64,000 nt of DNA from Eledone cirrhosa (GCA_964016885.1 OZ024753.1:4402001-4466000); one strand, 5' to 3'. Shown: positions 14,486 through 32,631, counted from the stretch's first letter. Numbers and translations are program-made. The notes: generated by a model from the letters alone, not told the origin.

Positions 14486-17091
14486 TGTATGTATGTATGT
14501 ATGTATGTGTGTATGTGTGTATGTGCGTGTGTGTGTGTGTAAAGTGCGGCTCTGCGTTTGAGATTTGTTAATCTCAACGACAATAACGGTATAACACAAA
14601 GAGATCGATAATTTAATGTAAGACTTGAATGATAGATTCTAGGGTCGATATGATCCAATTTATTCCTATCATTCGATAACCCAACGTGACCACAATTAAA
14701 AGACGGAAGATCGTATAAGAAGAATACCAATAAATCATAATTCTGAATTATGTCAGTATTCGTAGAATTCTATTCACACAATGTAAAAAAAAACTTAGGT
14801 ACCAGTGCTTTGCATTGTTTGGATTAATTATACTTGCTTCTCATCCGGACATTATATTTGTCATTCTTCCCAAAAGTCATCTATGTAGGACACTGTCTAT
14901 TGTTTTTCGATGATTTGTTTATACAGATGGGAAATGAAATTCCATCTGCTTGGCATCACTCTTTTCATTATATACATAATTAACTAATATTGCACGGAAA
15001 TGGATTATTCTTATATTTATTCACATACGTAATGGATCATCATTTTGTATACACAAAGATAATCAATTCGATACCGCCAAAATTATATTTTGCTCGAGAA
15101 TTGTGCATAGTTTCTGCAGAATTCACTGGGTTTGGTTTAGTGAAAATATTTATACTGTTATTTATACTGTTATAACTAATCCAACTGCTTCTTTGTAGAC
15201 GCATGAAATACACTATCTTCTTGAATAATCAAAGTACCCTACCTGAAATCCCATATGCTGTAAAATAAATAGCATGCGTTGGGGTCTGAAGTAAACTAAA
15301 CGACTAATTCTGATTTTAGATAAATCAACTGAAACGTCACCGATTTCCCGCCCCACCGCCACTTATTCCAACTGTTCTCCTCTTATTCCAATACCCCTAA
15401 TATTTTGGACCAGCGATCAGGTGAAATGCATAATCGCAGATTTTTATGTATTAATGTATTCCAGTTCATGAGCCGAGTTATATTGAAGTCCGCAGAGCAG
15501 AAAAATTAAAAAGCCCTACTTTCTCTCCTAATCATGCACAGAATATTAGAGAATGATGTTCCCACGAAATTCCTTTGTTATATGCAGTTGAGTTAATTAG
15601 CTAATTTCGAATTCCTATTGAATGGCAACTGATTAACATTACAATTCTGTGCAGAAGATAGAATATAACCTCACCAATTGGGACTGCTAAAAAGAGGAAA
15701 TAACGGATGTCGTTTGAGTTTCCAGATAAAGAATGTGTCACATAGCATCGCAACCACAATTCGATTTTTGGCAAAAACTTAGAACTCAGTTTATATGAAT
15801 ATAAGATGATATGCGCTTCTTGTTGAAATCAGTGAAATGTTTGAATAGTTAAGGATTCTTAGCGAAAATTGGTTATCCTTTACAATTGATAAGCGAACAT
15901 CTTATAGATTTCAATATATGTTGAGCATATAACGAAGTGTCTGAGTAAATATTAATAGCTATAACAAAATGGGGTGTAACATGTCATTAAAGCATCACTT
16001 TAGACATTCCCACCAACAATTTGTAGTTTACAGATTTTATTGCTGAGCAAATTAAATATTCACTTTAAATAAAAATGCAATGATACAAAATATATTAGTA
16101 AATTTGGTTTGGAGATATCATAGCTAATTATTCGATGATAAATACCGACGACCGAGAAAACTATATAAAAGAATAGCATATAAACAGAATATTTGAAAAT
16201 ATTTACATTGTATATTAAGCAATTATATCTATATCTAATTGAATTGATGTTATAAAAATGCGATTGAAATTAATTATGTATGAAGTAATCAAGTGAAATA
16301 TGTGTTATTCGGTTCACGCAATAATCAATTATATTTTATTAAAAAACATTCAATAAAATGATAAAATATTGATACTATTCAGAAGAATGAAGAATTTTGT
16401 ATGCGGAAGAAAATCTAAAGTAGGATTTTGAAGCAACGTCTACGTCTTATTTGAGAGAAACTAATTTCATAATTGTTCGGGTTTTAAAAGGCTACGTCAT
16501 GTTCACAACGTAACACAGAACAAATACTCTACAACATTTTGACTTTATGCAAAATCAAAACTCACAGATATATATATAAGTTACACAATCTCGACATGAC
16601 CCTATATTATTTAACTCTAACCTCTAATTCATAAATATGTAAGCACAATAAAGAAGCAGAATTCCCATTGCGCATTATCGAACCTGCAAAAATAGGACCG
16701 TTAACGTTATACAACACATACGATCTAAAAGCAAATTATAATTGATATAAGATACGTTTATATTCAGGAAGAATGATATTACTACACCACGCCTCAGTAA
16801 ACAGGATGTACGTTTAGCAAAACAATATGATGATTATATTAAAATTAGCAACAAGAGAAACAAGAGCAAAAAAAAAAAAAAAAAAGAAAAAAAAAAACCG
16901 AGAAAATGTGTTGTTTGAGGCGTAAACAATATTCAGTTTCTCATTTTAGTTTGATCTTTCCTACCAGTAAATATTAAATATTGTTCAATTTGACATTGTT
17001 AAACAATTATGATTCGTTTTTTCATGGTAAACTCATTTATCAAGAGCTATTTCAAAATTGACATGTTAAATATACATGTTAAATATACTCT

Positions 17092-17111
17092 GTATATATA
17101 TATATATATAC

Positions 17112-17193
<82 letters not shown>

Positions 17194-17194
17194 G

Positions 17195-17261
<67 letters not shown>

Positions 17262-17362
17262 GTATATATATATATATATATATATATATACGTATATATA
17301 TATATATATATACGTATATATATATATATATATACGTATATATATATATATATATATATACG

Positions 17363-17454
<92 letters not shown>

Positions 17455-17482
17455 CGTATATATATATATATATATATATACG

Positions 17483-17515
<33 letters not shown>

Positions 17516-17719
17516 GTATATATATATATATATATATACGTATATATATATATATATATATATACGTATATATATATACGTATATATATATGTATATATA
17601 TATATATATATATATACGTATATATATATATATATACGTATATATATATATATATATATATATATACGTATATATATATATATATACGTATATATATATA
17701 TATATACGTATATATATAT
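17092..17719. repeat. (TA)n array punctuated by CG/TG (TACGTA motif), ~630 bp
   Basis: Directly visible; abuts the 3' end of retroelement copy B. Confidence 0.95.
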
Positions 17720-18325
17720 ATGGTGGCTGCCAACTCGTTTTCGAGTACGGCCACTACTTTATATCCATGTAGGAGAACCCCTACCGATGCGCTGAACGAG
17801 TGTGACTTTTTAGTCCAGCCAGCGACTTGAAAACTCTGGTACAAACACTACACCTGTGACAATTATTGACACATAGTGCTGGGCCCATGGTAGCATGTGA
17901 CGACAAGTGCAGAGAGATCTCCAGATATAAAGCAATGCCTGTGCCGTGAAGCTTTTATAGTGAGCAAAGGCACTGCACAAAGCCAGTCCCACTCTCTTAA
18001 CCAAGATGATATTTACCAAAAAGAAGAACAAGTCAACATCATTGGATACCATCAGGGTTGCAGGTGCTATATCAGAGTTTTCCTTCTCCTAGAATTCTGC
18101 CTTGACAAAGGCTAAGGGGTCAGCTCTCCCGGTGATTTTGGATGGCCATTGACTCTTAAGAGCTCCTTTGCCCTTTGACAGGTTTTGTTTTTAGTCCTGC
18201 AGGATGTCCAAAGTCACCCTCCTCACCAAGAAACCTTGGTGGGGTTGCCAGTTTAGTCGCCAACGACCCGACCATGGGACAGGTTGTACTGGGATACATG
18301 TTACCAGTAGCACCAACTGGTGACC
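17720..18325 (-). mobile_element. full-length RTE-derived non-autonomous retroelement, copy B
   Basis: Near-identical to copy A; 5' end begins GGTCACC; microsatellite on both sides. Confidence 0.85.
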
Positions 18326-18338
18326 ATACATACATATA

Positions 18339-18372
<34 letters not shown>

Positions 18373-18511
18373 CATACATACATATATACATACATACATA
18401 TATATATACATACATACATACACATATACATACATACATATACATACATACATACACACATACATACACACATACATACATACATACATATATACATACA
18501 TACATATACAT

Positions 18512-18542
<31 letters not shown>

Positions 18543-18555
18543 CATACATACATAT

Positions 18556-18615
18556 ATGGTGGCTGCCAACTCGTTTTCGAGTACGGCCACTACTTTATAT
18601 CCATGTAGGAGAACC
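18556..18615 (-). mobile_element. 60-bp 3'-terminal fragment of the same retroelement
   Basis: Matches the first 60 bp (+ strand) of copy B; embedded between (CATA)n and the TACGTA array. Confidence 0.85.
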
Positions 18616-22330
<3,715 letters not shown>

Positions 22331-22909
22331 TGTAAATATGTACGTATATATATATATATATGTATATATAATTGTAAATATGTACGTATATATATATATA
22401 TATGTATATATAATTGTAAATATGTACGTATATATATATATATGTATATATCATTGTAAATATGTACGTATATATTTATATATATATATATACTGTAAAT
22501 ATGTACGTATATATTTATATATATACACACACGCATATATATATGTTTGTATATACGTACGTATATATACATTTATATGTATATATATATATGCATATAT
22601 ATATACACACACGCATATATATGTTTGTATATACGTACATATATATACATTTATATGTATATATATGCGTATATATATGCATATATATATGTATATATAT
22701 ATATATATGTAGATATATGTGTGTATGTATATATATGTGTGGGTGTGTATGTATATATATATATGTGTGTATGTATGTATATATATGTGTGTATGTATGT
22801 ATATATATATGTGTGTATCTATATATATTAATATGTGTGTGTATGTATATATATATGTGTGTATGTATATATATTAATATATGTGTGTATGTATATATAT
22901 ATATATGTG

Positions 22910-22946
<37 letters not shown>

Positions 22947-23058
22947 ATGTATATATGTGTGTGTATGTATATATATGTGTGTGTGTGTGTATATGTGTGT
23001 GCGTGTCTCTGTGTGTGTATGTGTGTATGTGTATATGTGTATGTGTGTGTACGTGCAT
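22331..23058. repeat. ~36-50-bp minisatellite (TGTAAATATGTACGTATAT..., 5 units) grading into TG/TA microsatellite
   Basis: TGTAAATATGTACGTA recurs at about 22331, 22373, 22415, 22455 and 22494. Confidence 0.85.
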
Positions 23059-23277
23059 ATGTTATTTATATTGTTGTATAAATCAATAACATTGAATATA
23101 TTGTAATTTTTCTTTATAGTTGAAGACAGAGAAAGATTTGTTTGAATATTTAATTTAATTATGTATATATGTATGGACATATTCACAAATTAAAACTAAA
23201 GTATGTACTTACATATAAACTTACACAATCAGACACACGCATATAGTTACAGAAGCACATATGTAATTCATGCATTA

Positions 23278-23314
<37 letters not shown>

Positions 23315-24078
23315 TGTATTCTACAATTATCTATTTTATACAGGATTGCTATTTTTATCATGGTTAGCACCGCCAACACACTGTGTTTGCGCATGTTTGT
23401 GTGGGAGTGCATCTGAGATGGAATATATATATTTGAATGTGTATATATATATATATATATATCATTATTTCTTTTAAAATGTGATTTCATACTAATTGTA
23501 CTTTGTATCAGTAGGCCGTATTTAAATATTCTTTCATATTTTTGGTGAAATACTATTACATAATTTGATAAAATAACGTTGCTATAGCATTAAAGAATTT
23601 CACATATCAAACCAAAATAATAACAATATGCCGAATAAAACGTAATATTTATATAAAGAAGTAATATGTAAATTAAATAAATACAAACCGCCATTTACTG
23701 ATATTAAAAAATAATTGAAAAAATATATATGCTCTTGATATTTTGTTTTTCTTGTATAAGATTTCCCACAGTCGGAATAATAAAAACGACATGAGATGCT
23801 AGGTGCTAAAAATATATAGCGTCTAATGCTACTTAATTAGGTGCTTTGAGCATGACAAAAGACATCATTAACGATACTAGTTTTAAAATATATAAAGGTA
23901 TTTTACTTCATAGGAGATACGGAGACTTTCTCGTACAATATGTACCGACTGCCTGCTGCAGAACCGTAGACAATGTTTTTCTTATATTTTTCCTCATTTT
24001 TCAGTTTTATACTTTTCCGTTTTATTCCGAGTCGCCTGAAGATGTTTTTCCTTTCGTTTGAAATATATATCTATGATG

Positions 24079-24245
24079 TGGCTTGGCCGTATCGATGGAG
24101 CATGAGACACTATGCTTTACAGCATAGAGTTATGGCCATTTACGTTCTGAGTTCATATCTCGCCGAGGTTAGCTTTGCCTTTCATCCGTACGATGTCGAT
24201 AAAATAAAGCACCAGCAATGCACTGTAACTGCTGGCCTTTTGCCA
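24079..24245 (+). mobile_element. diverged tRNA-derived SINE
   Basis: TTGGCCGTATCG ... CTGAGTTCATATCTCGCCGAGGTTAGCTTTGCCTTTCATCC ... GTCGATAAAATAAAGCACCAG matches the 11193 family. Confidence 0.8.
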
Positions 24246-24952
24246 TTTATTACATCTAGTTCATGATGTTGAATATGAAAATTCTGAAGTATTTAACAGA
24301 AATATATCTAACCATACATATACCATGTATATTAAAAATGTATTATGGAATAAGCTAGATAGGTGTCTGCAAGTTATATCATAAGGAATTCTATGCGTTG
24401 TTTATATAGTTTTATTAAGAAAGCCTATTTTTGCCTGATTGAAATTAAGAGTATATAATTCATTAATCAAATTGATCTGCAATACTGGCATTCTATCTTT
24501 AGTATTATAGTTTGTACCCGTATTTCACCTTTGAGGTAATATAATCCCTATCAACACATATTTATAACTTTGGTAGAACAAAACTATTAGTAATATATAT
24601 ATATATTATCAAATCATATGAGAATATTGAGGTTTATATAAGTAAATCTTGAATATTGCAGTGGCTATCTAAACATAACTAGCGTTAGAACACATTAGGG
24701 GCAACTTTGTATTTAACACACTCATACATCATAAACACACACTCACACATACACACACACATATATATATGTGAGTGTGTGTCTGCTTTTATGTGCGTGT
24801 GTGTTTGTGTGCGTGCGTGCGCGTGTAATTCGAAGTCTTGCTTCATTAGTTGAGTGTTGATAACGATTATTAGCTTTTTCTATTTATGACATGACGTCTG
24901 AAAATTTAGACTCGTAAAAGTGGATTGGAATGAATGTAAATGCAAATATAGA

Positions 24953-25116
24953 TAATTGTTTCTACTATTGGCACAAGGCCAGAAATTACCCAGTACATTA
25001 CTGGTACTTTATTTTATCGACCCCGTAAGGATGAAACACTAAGTTAACCTCGGCGGGATTTGAACTCAGAATAGCAAGGGGCGTAACTCTGTGCATCAAA
25101 CATGGCGTCCGACCCT
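24953..25116 (-). mobile_element. tRNA-derived SINE
   Basis: Reverse complement of the 11193 family, lacking the first ~25 nt; shares diagnostic GATGAAACACTAAGTTAACC with the 1670 copy. Confidence 0.85.
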
Positions 25117-26009
25117 AGATAATGTATAATAATGAGTAAACAAAAATCTTCATCGTGAATATAAATATACATATTTATATATTAGCGTATGAACATTTAT
25201 GACAATAACCTAAACATTAAATAAAAATTAAATAAACGTAGAGGATAGCTTGAGAATTGTGGTTGTAGTTTAGAGACGACGGATTAAGGTAAGCTTCAAA
25301 TTGATGTACACCTATTTAGAAACTAATAAACCCAAAACAGTTATAATAACATTAAAACATATTTTTAATGATTAAATTATAACATAAGTAATGAAAATAA
25401 CTACATTTCTTGAGTGATACATATTTCTCTGTGTGAATCGTTACAGACAGGGTTTATTGAGACTTTCTGAGAGACGTAGATATTGAGATTGCCTATGTTG
25501 ATGAATCTGCGTAACTCGTTTGGTTCTTTCTCAGCATGCATTCTAATAAATTAAAATTAGAAAGGAAGAAGGGATTATATTGTCTGATGTTTCGGTATAT
25601 GAGATAGTAACTGTTGGCAATTCTGTTTATTACGTCAGGGTGAAGAGCATCGTATTATGTTTTACATTTGACATTGAAAACATTCTCCAACCTATTAGAT
25701 GCTATTCCATAAGCCATTAGGAGCCGGTATATTTCTAGATCTTCGGAAAGAAGCAACGGTAACACATTCACAATGGAGATATGGTTCCTATGAACCATAT
25801 TATAAAGAGCAACAATAGTCAGGTTGACTATGGAAAACATTAGTTCTAAGTAGATTAGCTTAATATTGTCAGGTACCACTATCGCTGTACTGATTACATG
25901 GCCGGGACGTCGGCGACTAAAAGAATATTTGTCTCACTGTATCTAAGATCTAATACAAATATGCATCCTATATGCATATGTATATATATATATAAATATA
26001 AATATATAT

Positions 26010-26180
26010 AATTGTTTCTACTTTTGGCACAAGGCCAGCAATTAGCCAAGTGTATTACTGGTACTTTATTTTATCGACCACGTAAAGTTAACCTCGGCGG
26101 GATTTGAACTCAGACCATAAAGAGCCGAAACTTTTTGCTGCAAAGCATGGCGTCCGACCTCTACCGATACTGCTAATCCA
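26010..26180 (-). mobile_element. tRNA-derived SINE with an internal deletion
   Basis: Reverse complement of the 11193 family; ~15 nt missing in the central domain. Confidence 0.85.
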
Positions 26181-29100
26181 TACTAGGTGAGAATGAGCAG
26201 TGGGAGTAATACCATTTAAACGTGTGCTGTTAATGTTTCCCCAGGATATTACCATATTAATGGAAGTAAAATGTTATTCAAATGCTACATCTTCAACGAA
26301 CCGAGGAGAAAATTGTCTGTATAACCGATGTTTGAAGATCATTATGGGCATATTCAGTAGGATGCTGAAGCTAACACCTACTTGATAAACATCGTGGTAC
26401 GTTTCCGAAAATAAGTAGTTGTATGTAGATCCTCCTGTAATTTTACCATTTTCGTTTTATTTACAGAGTTCAGAAAAATGTTATTGGTAGAAACTTCCTT
26501 GCCGTCATTCCACGAAACAACAACATGCGTGAGCGAGTCTATTTGCCTGATTAGACCGAAATAATACCCTATTTATAATACATTGCTTCTGCGGCACGTA
26601 TTGTTTCAAATACGTTTTACTTACAAAATAAACATAGTAAACGTACAATATTGCTATTCATAGCTGAAGTTAACTATTTTTATATACATTGATATTTGTG
26701 TAATATATTCTTCTTCGGGTAGGGCTAACGTTTTCCATGATTCACTCCCCGCTCAGTATAGGTTAGAAATATATTTCATGGACTTCTACATGCTTGTCAT
26801 TGCTTTAAACACCACTAGATATATATTTATCGATTAATTTCATTGATAATCTTTATTTATCGGAGATTTTCCGATCCCTATGTTACAGATGTGAGACTTT
26901 ACAATACATGTATTTTGTATGCAAAACACTCGACTAAGTTATACCTCGGTGAAAAGGCTGTAATACAAATAAACAGGGATGTAGAATCTAAGATTATTTC
27001 ATAATAGTTCGATAAATTTATTGCCTAAATCCCATGCAGATTGAGAAGGGTGTGCCAGGAAATGTTATCGGTAATGTTTTATTACATCAAAATAGAGAAG
27101 ATATAAATGCATGGGATTCAATGTATGTTTTCTTTGAAAATGCTGAATAAATCGAACCACTTCAAAGAAACGACGACATCTACATTAATATCCTTGTAGA
27201 AAGTAGTCATGTAGATTATAAATGATATTTTTGAGGGCCCGTTAACTCAGGTACGAGTGAAGACTGGATATATGAACTCATCGTCTTCCATCTTACTTTA
27301 CTATCCTTAAACTTATATATAAGTTTGTATTTATATTTATTTATTATTTATTCAATTAATTTAAGCGTCCGTATAGAGCAAGTAAGCCGTGACAGATGAG
27401 GGGAAGTAACGACTACTCCTTACAGTTAGTAATCAAAAAGAGCTAGTGAGGCAGGCAATAAAAATAATTTAAAAAGTGAAAAGAAAAAACAGCAGAAAAG
27501 GAAAATAAAAATAAAATTCAAATATTGAAGGCCAATAGGTGGAAGGTTATGCCTAAGAAAACTAAAAAGAAAAAGTAAAAAGGAAAGCTGTAAAACACCT
27601 AGAAGATTCTGTTGTTGAATCTTTTCGTAGCTTCCATGTGCTCATATTTGTTTTGCTTGCAATACAACTTTATTTGGATATCATAGCAAGTTTGACAGAA
27701 GAATACCAGAAATCCATTCTTTATGCGGATTAATATTTCCTTTTTATATAAATATATTCCATTACTACTCCGATTCCTGCGGTCAGCAATTTCTGTTATT
27801 CATTTCCTCGGGATAAGTAGTTCACAAAAGGATAAGTATTTCATAAGTTGAGTCAACAAATTCAGCAGTAAAAATGTAAGCAAAAGTTATTTGTCTCGGT
27901 CTTAAATCATCGTTAGAAACACTTTACTTCACGTAGACAAATAAGAATTACACATTGTATACACATGCGTACTTTAATAAGACGACAGAATTTCACTCTT
28001 TTCTGTATATGAATAGAATAGGCAAGATGCCAGTAAACCAACTCAAACATACCGTTTCGATTCTTAGCTAAATCCATCTCAAAAGTTGTACATCTCTGTC
28101 GCCTTTGGAAAGCGTGACTACAGCCCATTTATTTACATATCTGAAGACTTGAGGACAGACCAAAGAATAATCAATGTAAAATGCCAAGTATAAGAGACGA
28201 AAGAGTATTGTTTGCATAGACAATTGTGACGTATTGTACGGTTCACCTTTGACTTATATGTGTTAGAGATAATTGCTTACCACATGGTGAATTTGAGTGT
28301 TTTTTCTCTTAGGTGGAATGAATAGTTAGTATGCATGTATTTATGTTTTTCTTCTCACTTTCAATAGAAAATGTGATATTTCTGCTGCTGTGGGTATTGA
28401 TTAACATTTTGTTTACTCTCGCAGTATGGTGTGATTTGCTCTGGGTTGGTTTACATTATATTAGGCTATTTGTTTTGTTTGAATGTTGATGCCGGTACTT
28501 TTTCGACCTGTCTGCTAAAGGCTATGTAAATAAAGAATAATAAGATGGTGGAAACTGCCTAATATCGTATGAGTGAAGAAAATATATGTGAAAGCGACAT
28601 TACTTTTCGCTTAGCGAGACACCGCTGCATCAGTAATCTACATGTAGGTGACAATTGTTATAAACATCATTTCAGTGAATCACGTAAACAATAATGTTTA
28701 TCATGCATTCTATATTATGGTGGCTTATGAAAGCTATGATACGTATATATAAGTAAGAGGGTAAACCTAAATATACTTTCAAATATGCTATATGAACATT
28801 TCTTATATGAATATGCACGGAAAACCAGCTGCAATGCACTTGCTACATTCCCACGCGATGATTACGCACGACCAATATAATGCGCAAACATACGAAATGA
28901 AAGATAACCAATAATCGTGATTATCAACAGAGCTGAAGTTGTGAAAATGTATTTCCAGATGTTACTTATTACAGGATCAAGTAGCAACCAATTTTATAAA
29001 TATCTACTCGGGTAAATGAGCATCATCATATATCTCATCTTTAATGATTGTAGGATCAAATGTTGATCTAATCATATGAAATTTAAAGCCATTAAGCTTG

Positions 29101-29560
29101 CATTACAGCCTCGTATCATTTATGGAATTAAGATTTGGAAGCCAATGCAGTATGCTCTGCGTGTTTGCTAACATTACTAGAAATGCCAGCCATGCTTGAT
29201 TTCAATTTTACCCTAGCCCCTTAAAGACCTGACAAAATAATCACAAGTATAATGCAAATCAATTGAGGCTAAAATGTGACTATGCAACAATCAAATTAAA
29301 GACTGAAGTGTCGAAAGCTCATATCATGACAGTAAATACGCCAGGGGTGCTCATTTCCTCACAGTGACTACATCGAAGGACATGATATATATTACATTTC
29401 TATAGAGCGTGAATAGGCATAGTTACTGTGTAATTCCTAGCTCGAGATATTTTTTGAAATGATGGGTTACAAGTAAATAGGAATACTTAAAGTGCTATGG
29501 GTTTCCACTGACGACTTTAGAATTCACTAGATCACGTAATCGATGATATGTTTATATATA

Positions 29561-29767
29561 CAGGGTGGGCTAAAATCATTTCATATATTTTAAATAATCA
29601 TGATCTCGTTTTATTATTAAAATATACATTTTTCTTTCAGATTAAAGTTGAATAAAAATAAGATCCAATTATAAAATTTAATTTAATGACAAAAAAAGTT
29701 AGTTTTGTGTTAATTTGAAATGTTTTATTAATAAAGATAGGTCAGAAGTGACTTTGGAGCCACCCTG
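29561..29767. mobile_element. Tc1/mariner-type MITE (207 bp)
   Basis: TA|CAGGGTGGGCTAAAATCATTTC ... GAAGTGACTTTGGAGCCACCCTG|TA: imperfect ~23-bp TIRs starting CAGGGTG, a TA target duplication and an AT-rich non-coding interior. Confidence 0.8.
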
Positions 29768-30144
29768 TACATGCTTGTGTTTGTGCAATATGCAGGTGTG
29801 TGTTTATACCTGATTATCCTATATGTACATACATATTGATTCCAGAGATAAGATCAACAACTTTAAACTAGCCTAATTACGCAGATATGTCCCATTTCTA
29901 TATAAAATGCAGATCTCTCTCCCTCCCCCTCTCTGTGTTTAGATTTTATACATCATCCGCTGCTCTGTTATATAATAACCCATATGCCCAAGTATCAGTT
30001 GAACCCAACAGGCAACACCTAATGAATTATACATATTAGCTATACAAACACTAACAGTGATATAGTACGACAATTTAATGAATTATTAGAGTATACGTCA
30101 ATCTATATGTTACGTCACAAATAGAAATAACAAAACGTCTATTG

Positions 30145-30435
30145 CCATTATTAGCATCAGGCGATTTGATAATACGGTCGATCGGTGACTGAAGAATTTT
30201 GGTTCAGCTGCTGATGGTGGTGCAGTGTGAGTTATGGCTGTTCAGTTCCATACAGGTGTGCGCGTCACATGTACATGGATTGCATTTGAATACGTTCGCC
30301 CCCAATCTAACTATCGCTGTACAGGCCCACGCAGGAGGTACAGTCGCGTATGCAACGACTGCATATGCAGATATACTTTTCAGGATTTATTAGGATCATG
30401 AGGTCGTAGTTGTTGATGGTGATGACAAGGCAGTG
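30145..30435 (-). mobile_element. decayed 3' end of an RTE-clade LINE
   Basis: Minus strand reads ICSRCIRDCTSCVGLYSDS, resembling the RTE C-terminal CxxCxRDCxSRxGLxSH motif. Confidence 0.55.
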
Positions 30436-31826
30436 CTTCACACTATGGCTCAGTAATTTGCCTTCATATTATTGAGCCAGCTGAATTCCTAGCATGATAT
30501 AGAGTTATGTATCCTAGCTGCTTACGCTGCCAAATCTATTTGGTTTTATGTGTATGTTTGGTTATGTATTGTCTATTTCATCACACTATTGCCAATCATT
30601 TTCTGTAAAAAAATATATGCGTTTTTGAATATGTTAGTTGTGTGAAGATAGTATGCATCACAAAGTGTGTAGTTTGGCTGATGCAAATATATGATTCCAC
30701 TTAATTGCGTATACACACCAACATGCTTAAACATACGTATTATATTCAACACAATTATATTCAAGCGCGCTCAGGAACACACTGCCCATGTTATATAATG
30801 TGTATATTTGTGTTTTGAGCGTGTGTGAGTGTTTATAATATAAACGTTTGCACAATTATGGATATATGCATATTTATATATTGACTCTGTTTGTGTATAT
30901 CGTTTCAGATGAGTATGTGTTTTTGCCTCTCGTGATTTGAATATAAACATATTTCTGTGAATATGTTTAAGAATTACAAGTTCGTATTTTCGATTATCGA
31001 TTGCATTTATACACAGGTTAAAAGCAACATCAATATAGCAAACAAATAAAATAAACAAGCAACGAAAGAATTTAACAACGGGTCGTAATTATGGCGGTGG
31101 TAGTAATTAGAAGCTTCTAGAATATGAAAGAGAAATTGGATTGGAGAGGTATTGGAAATTAGTTAAATAACAAGAACATATTTCATTATGTTAAACATAA
31201 TCAAACGGCACTGTGAATTTAGATTCACTTGTCTCACTTTCATTGTAGTAATTATTATTGCTAGTATTGGCACAAAGCTGTTCGTTTTGAAGTGGCAGAT
31301 CGTCAATGATATCGACCGACGTATTTGATTCTTCTTAATTCTATCACCCATTCAAGGATGAATGGCAAGTTTGACTAGAAGGTGATTATAACAAAGTATG
31401 TAGGGAGAATGACTTTTTTTCTTTTGTAATTAAATAAGGTAAGGGCATGTTTTCTCTCCTTAGTTAGTATCACACATTACCACACCATATTGTAATTAAA
31501 ATTACAATGCAAATAAACTGTAAAATTACACTGCAAATAACTCACTCATTTTTTCTCCCTGTCGTTCTTTTTTAAAAGAATCTCTGTATGTATGTATATA
31601 TATAATATACATAGCAACATGCGCGCTAGCAGCCGGAGTGTATCATAAAAAGTGAGTGAGTGTGTGCGCGCGCGCATATATATATATATAAAATATATAT
31701 ATATATATATATATATACATTTTGAGTATATGTTGGTTGTTTACCGACAACTCAGTATGCAGATTGGAGCACTCGAGGAAGTACGCAGGCTGGATTATTT
31801 ACTCCGGAGTAATGTAAAATAAGTAA

Positions 31827-32133
31827 GTCACACATGTACTATTTGGCTTCGTTTATTATAAATTCTCTGGTATATATATTTCAGTGACAGCTATTATTGG
31901 CTGTGACCTCTTCAATCTGAATTGATGTTGAAAAGACAGATACACATGTTGTTGACATGTGGTCCACTCTCTCAATACATCGATATGTCCAGCTCCTAGG
32001 TGTGCTGTTAGTCCTCCTGCCTTTTCCACAGCAATTGGGACTGCCTGAAGAGGTCACAGACAATAATAGCTGTCACCGAAATATATATAACAGAGAATTT
32101 ATAATAAACTAAGCCAAATTTTACACGTTTGAC
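31827..32133. mobile_element. inverted repeat (~88-bp arms), each arm carrying a hammerhead motif; Penelope-like remnant
   Basis: 31827-31914 is the imperfect reverse complement of 32046-32133. The right arm reads CTGAAGA-GGTCACAG..CTGTCACC-GAAA-TATATATA, then AATAAA. Confidence 0.75.
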
Positions 32134-32385
32134 ATATATATTTATATATATATATATATATATAATATTAAGGATACTATTTATGGTTATGTATATACTA
32201 AAAGTGTTTATAGTTATATATAGTTTAAACCCTAAACAGTGAAGGTCAGTAATTTATTACTACCTTATTACCAGTAAGATAAATAGCTCAATGTAATAAC
32301 ATCAGTTGTTCTACAGAGCAGTTATATATATATTATGTCTCTTGCGTTGGAAAGGAGGTCAATCATGTGTACGAACATTGAAAAA

Positions 32386-32432
32386 TGCTCTGAAGACTTC
32401 AAGCCTAGGTTTGGATGAAACAATTGTAAGTG
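32386..32432 (+). ncRNA. Penelope-type minimal type I hammerhead ribozyme motif
   Basis: TGCT-CTGAAGA-stem II (TTCAAGCC/GGTTTGGA)-GAAAC-AATT-GTA-AGTG, then AATAAA. Stem III loop is palindromic; the first stem II pair is a mismatch. Confidence 0.6.
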
Positions 32433-32466
32433 AATAAATGCTTTAAACATACCTTTGATTCTTGTG

Positions 32467-32526
<60 letters not shown>

Positions 32527-32631
32527 GGGTACGCTTGTATAGGTTTATTATTAATAGTCGTGAGAAAAAGTACCCAATACCGAAGTAGTGAATATGTTCA
32601 TTTAATTGCTAAGTGGTGCTGCTTCCTACTC

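Noticed and set aside
17897-18115. Recurrent 'SAERSPDIKQCLC...' and '[12 protein letters not shown]...' ORFs suggesting a small multigene family
   Set aside because: They are antisense frames of the repeated retroelement; start codons and frames are not conserved between copies.
18180-18250. Twister ribozyme in the RTE-derived element (GAGGAGGG motif)
   Set aside because: The conserved UAA cleavage loop and the GGUCCCAAGCCC-type L4 segment could not be placed.
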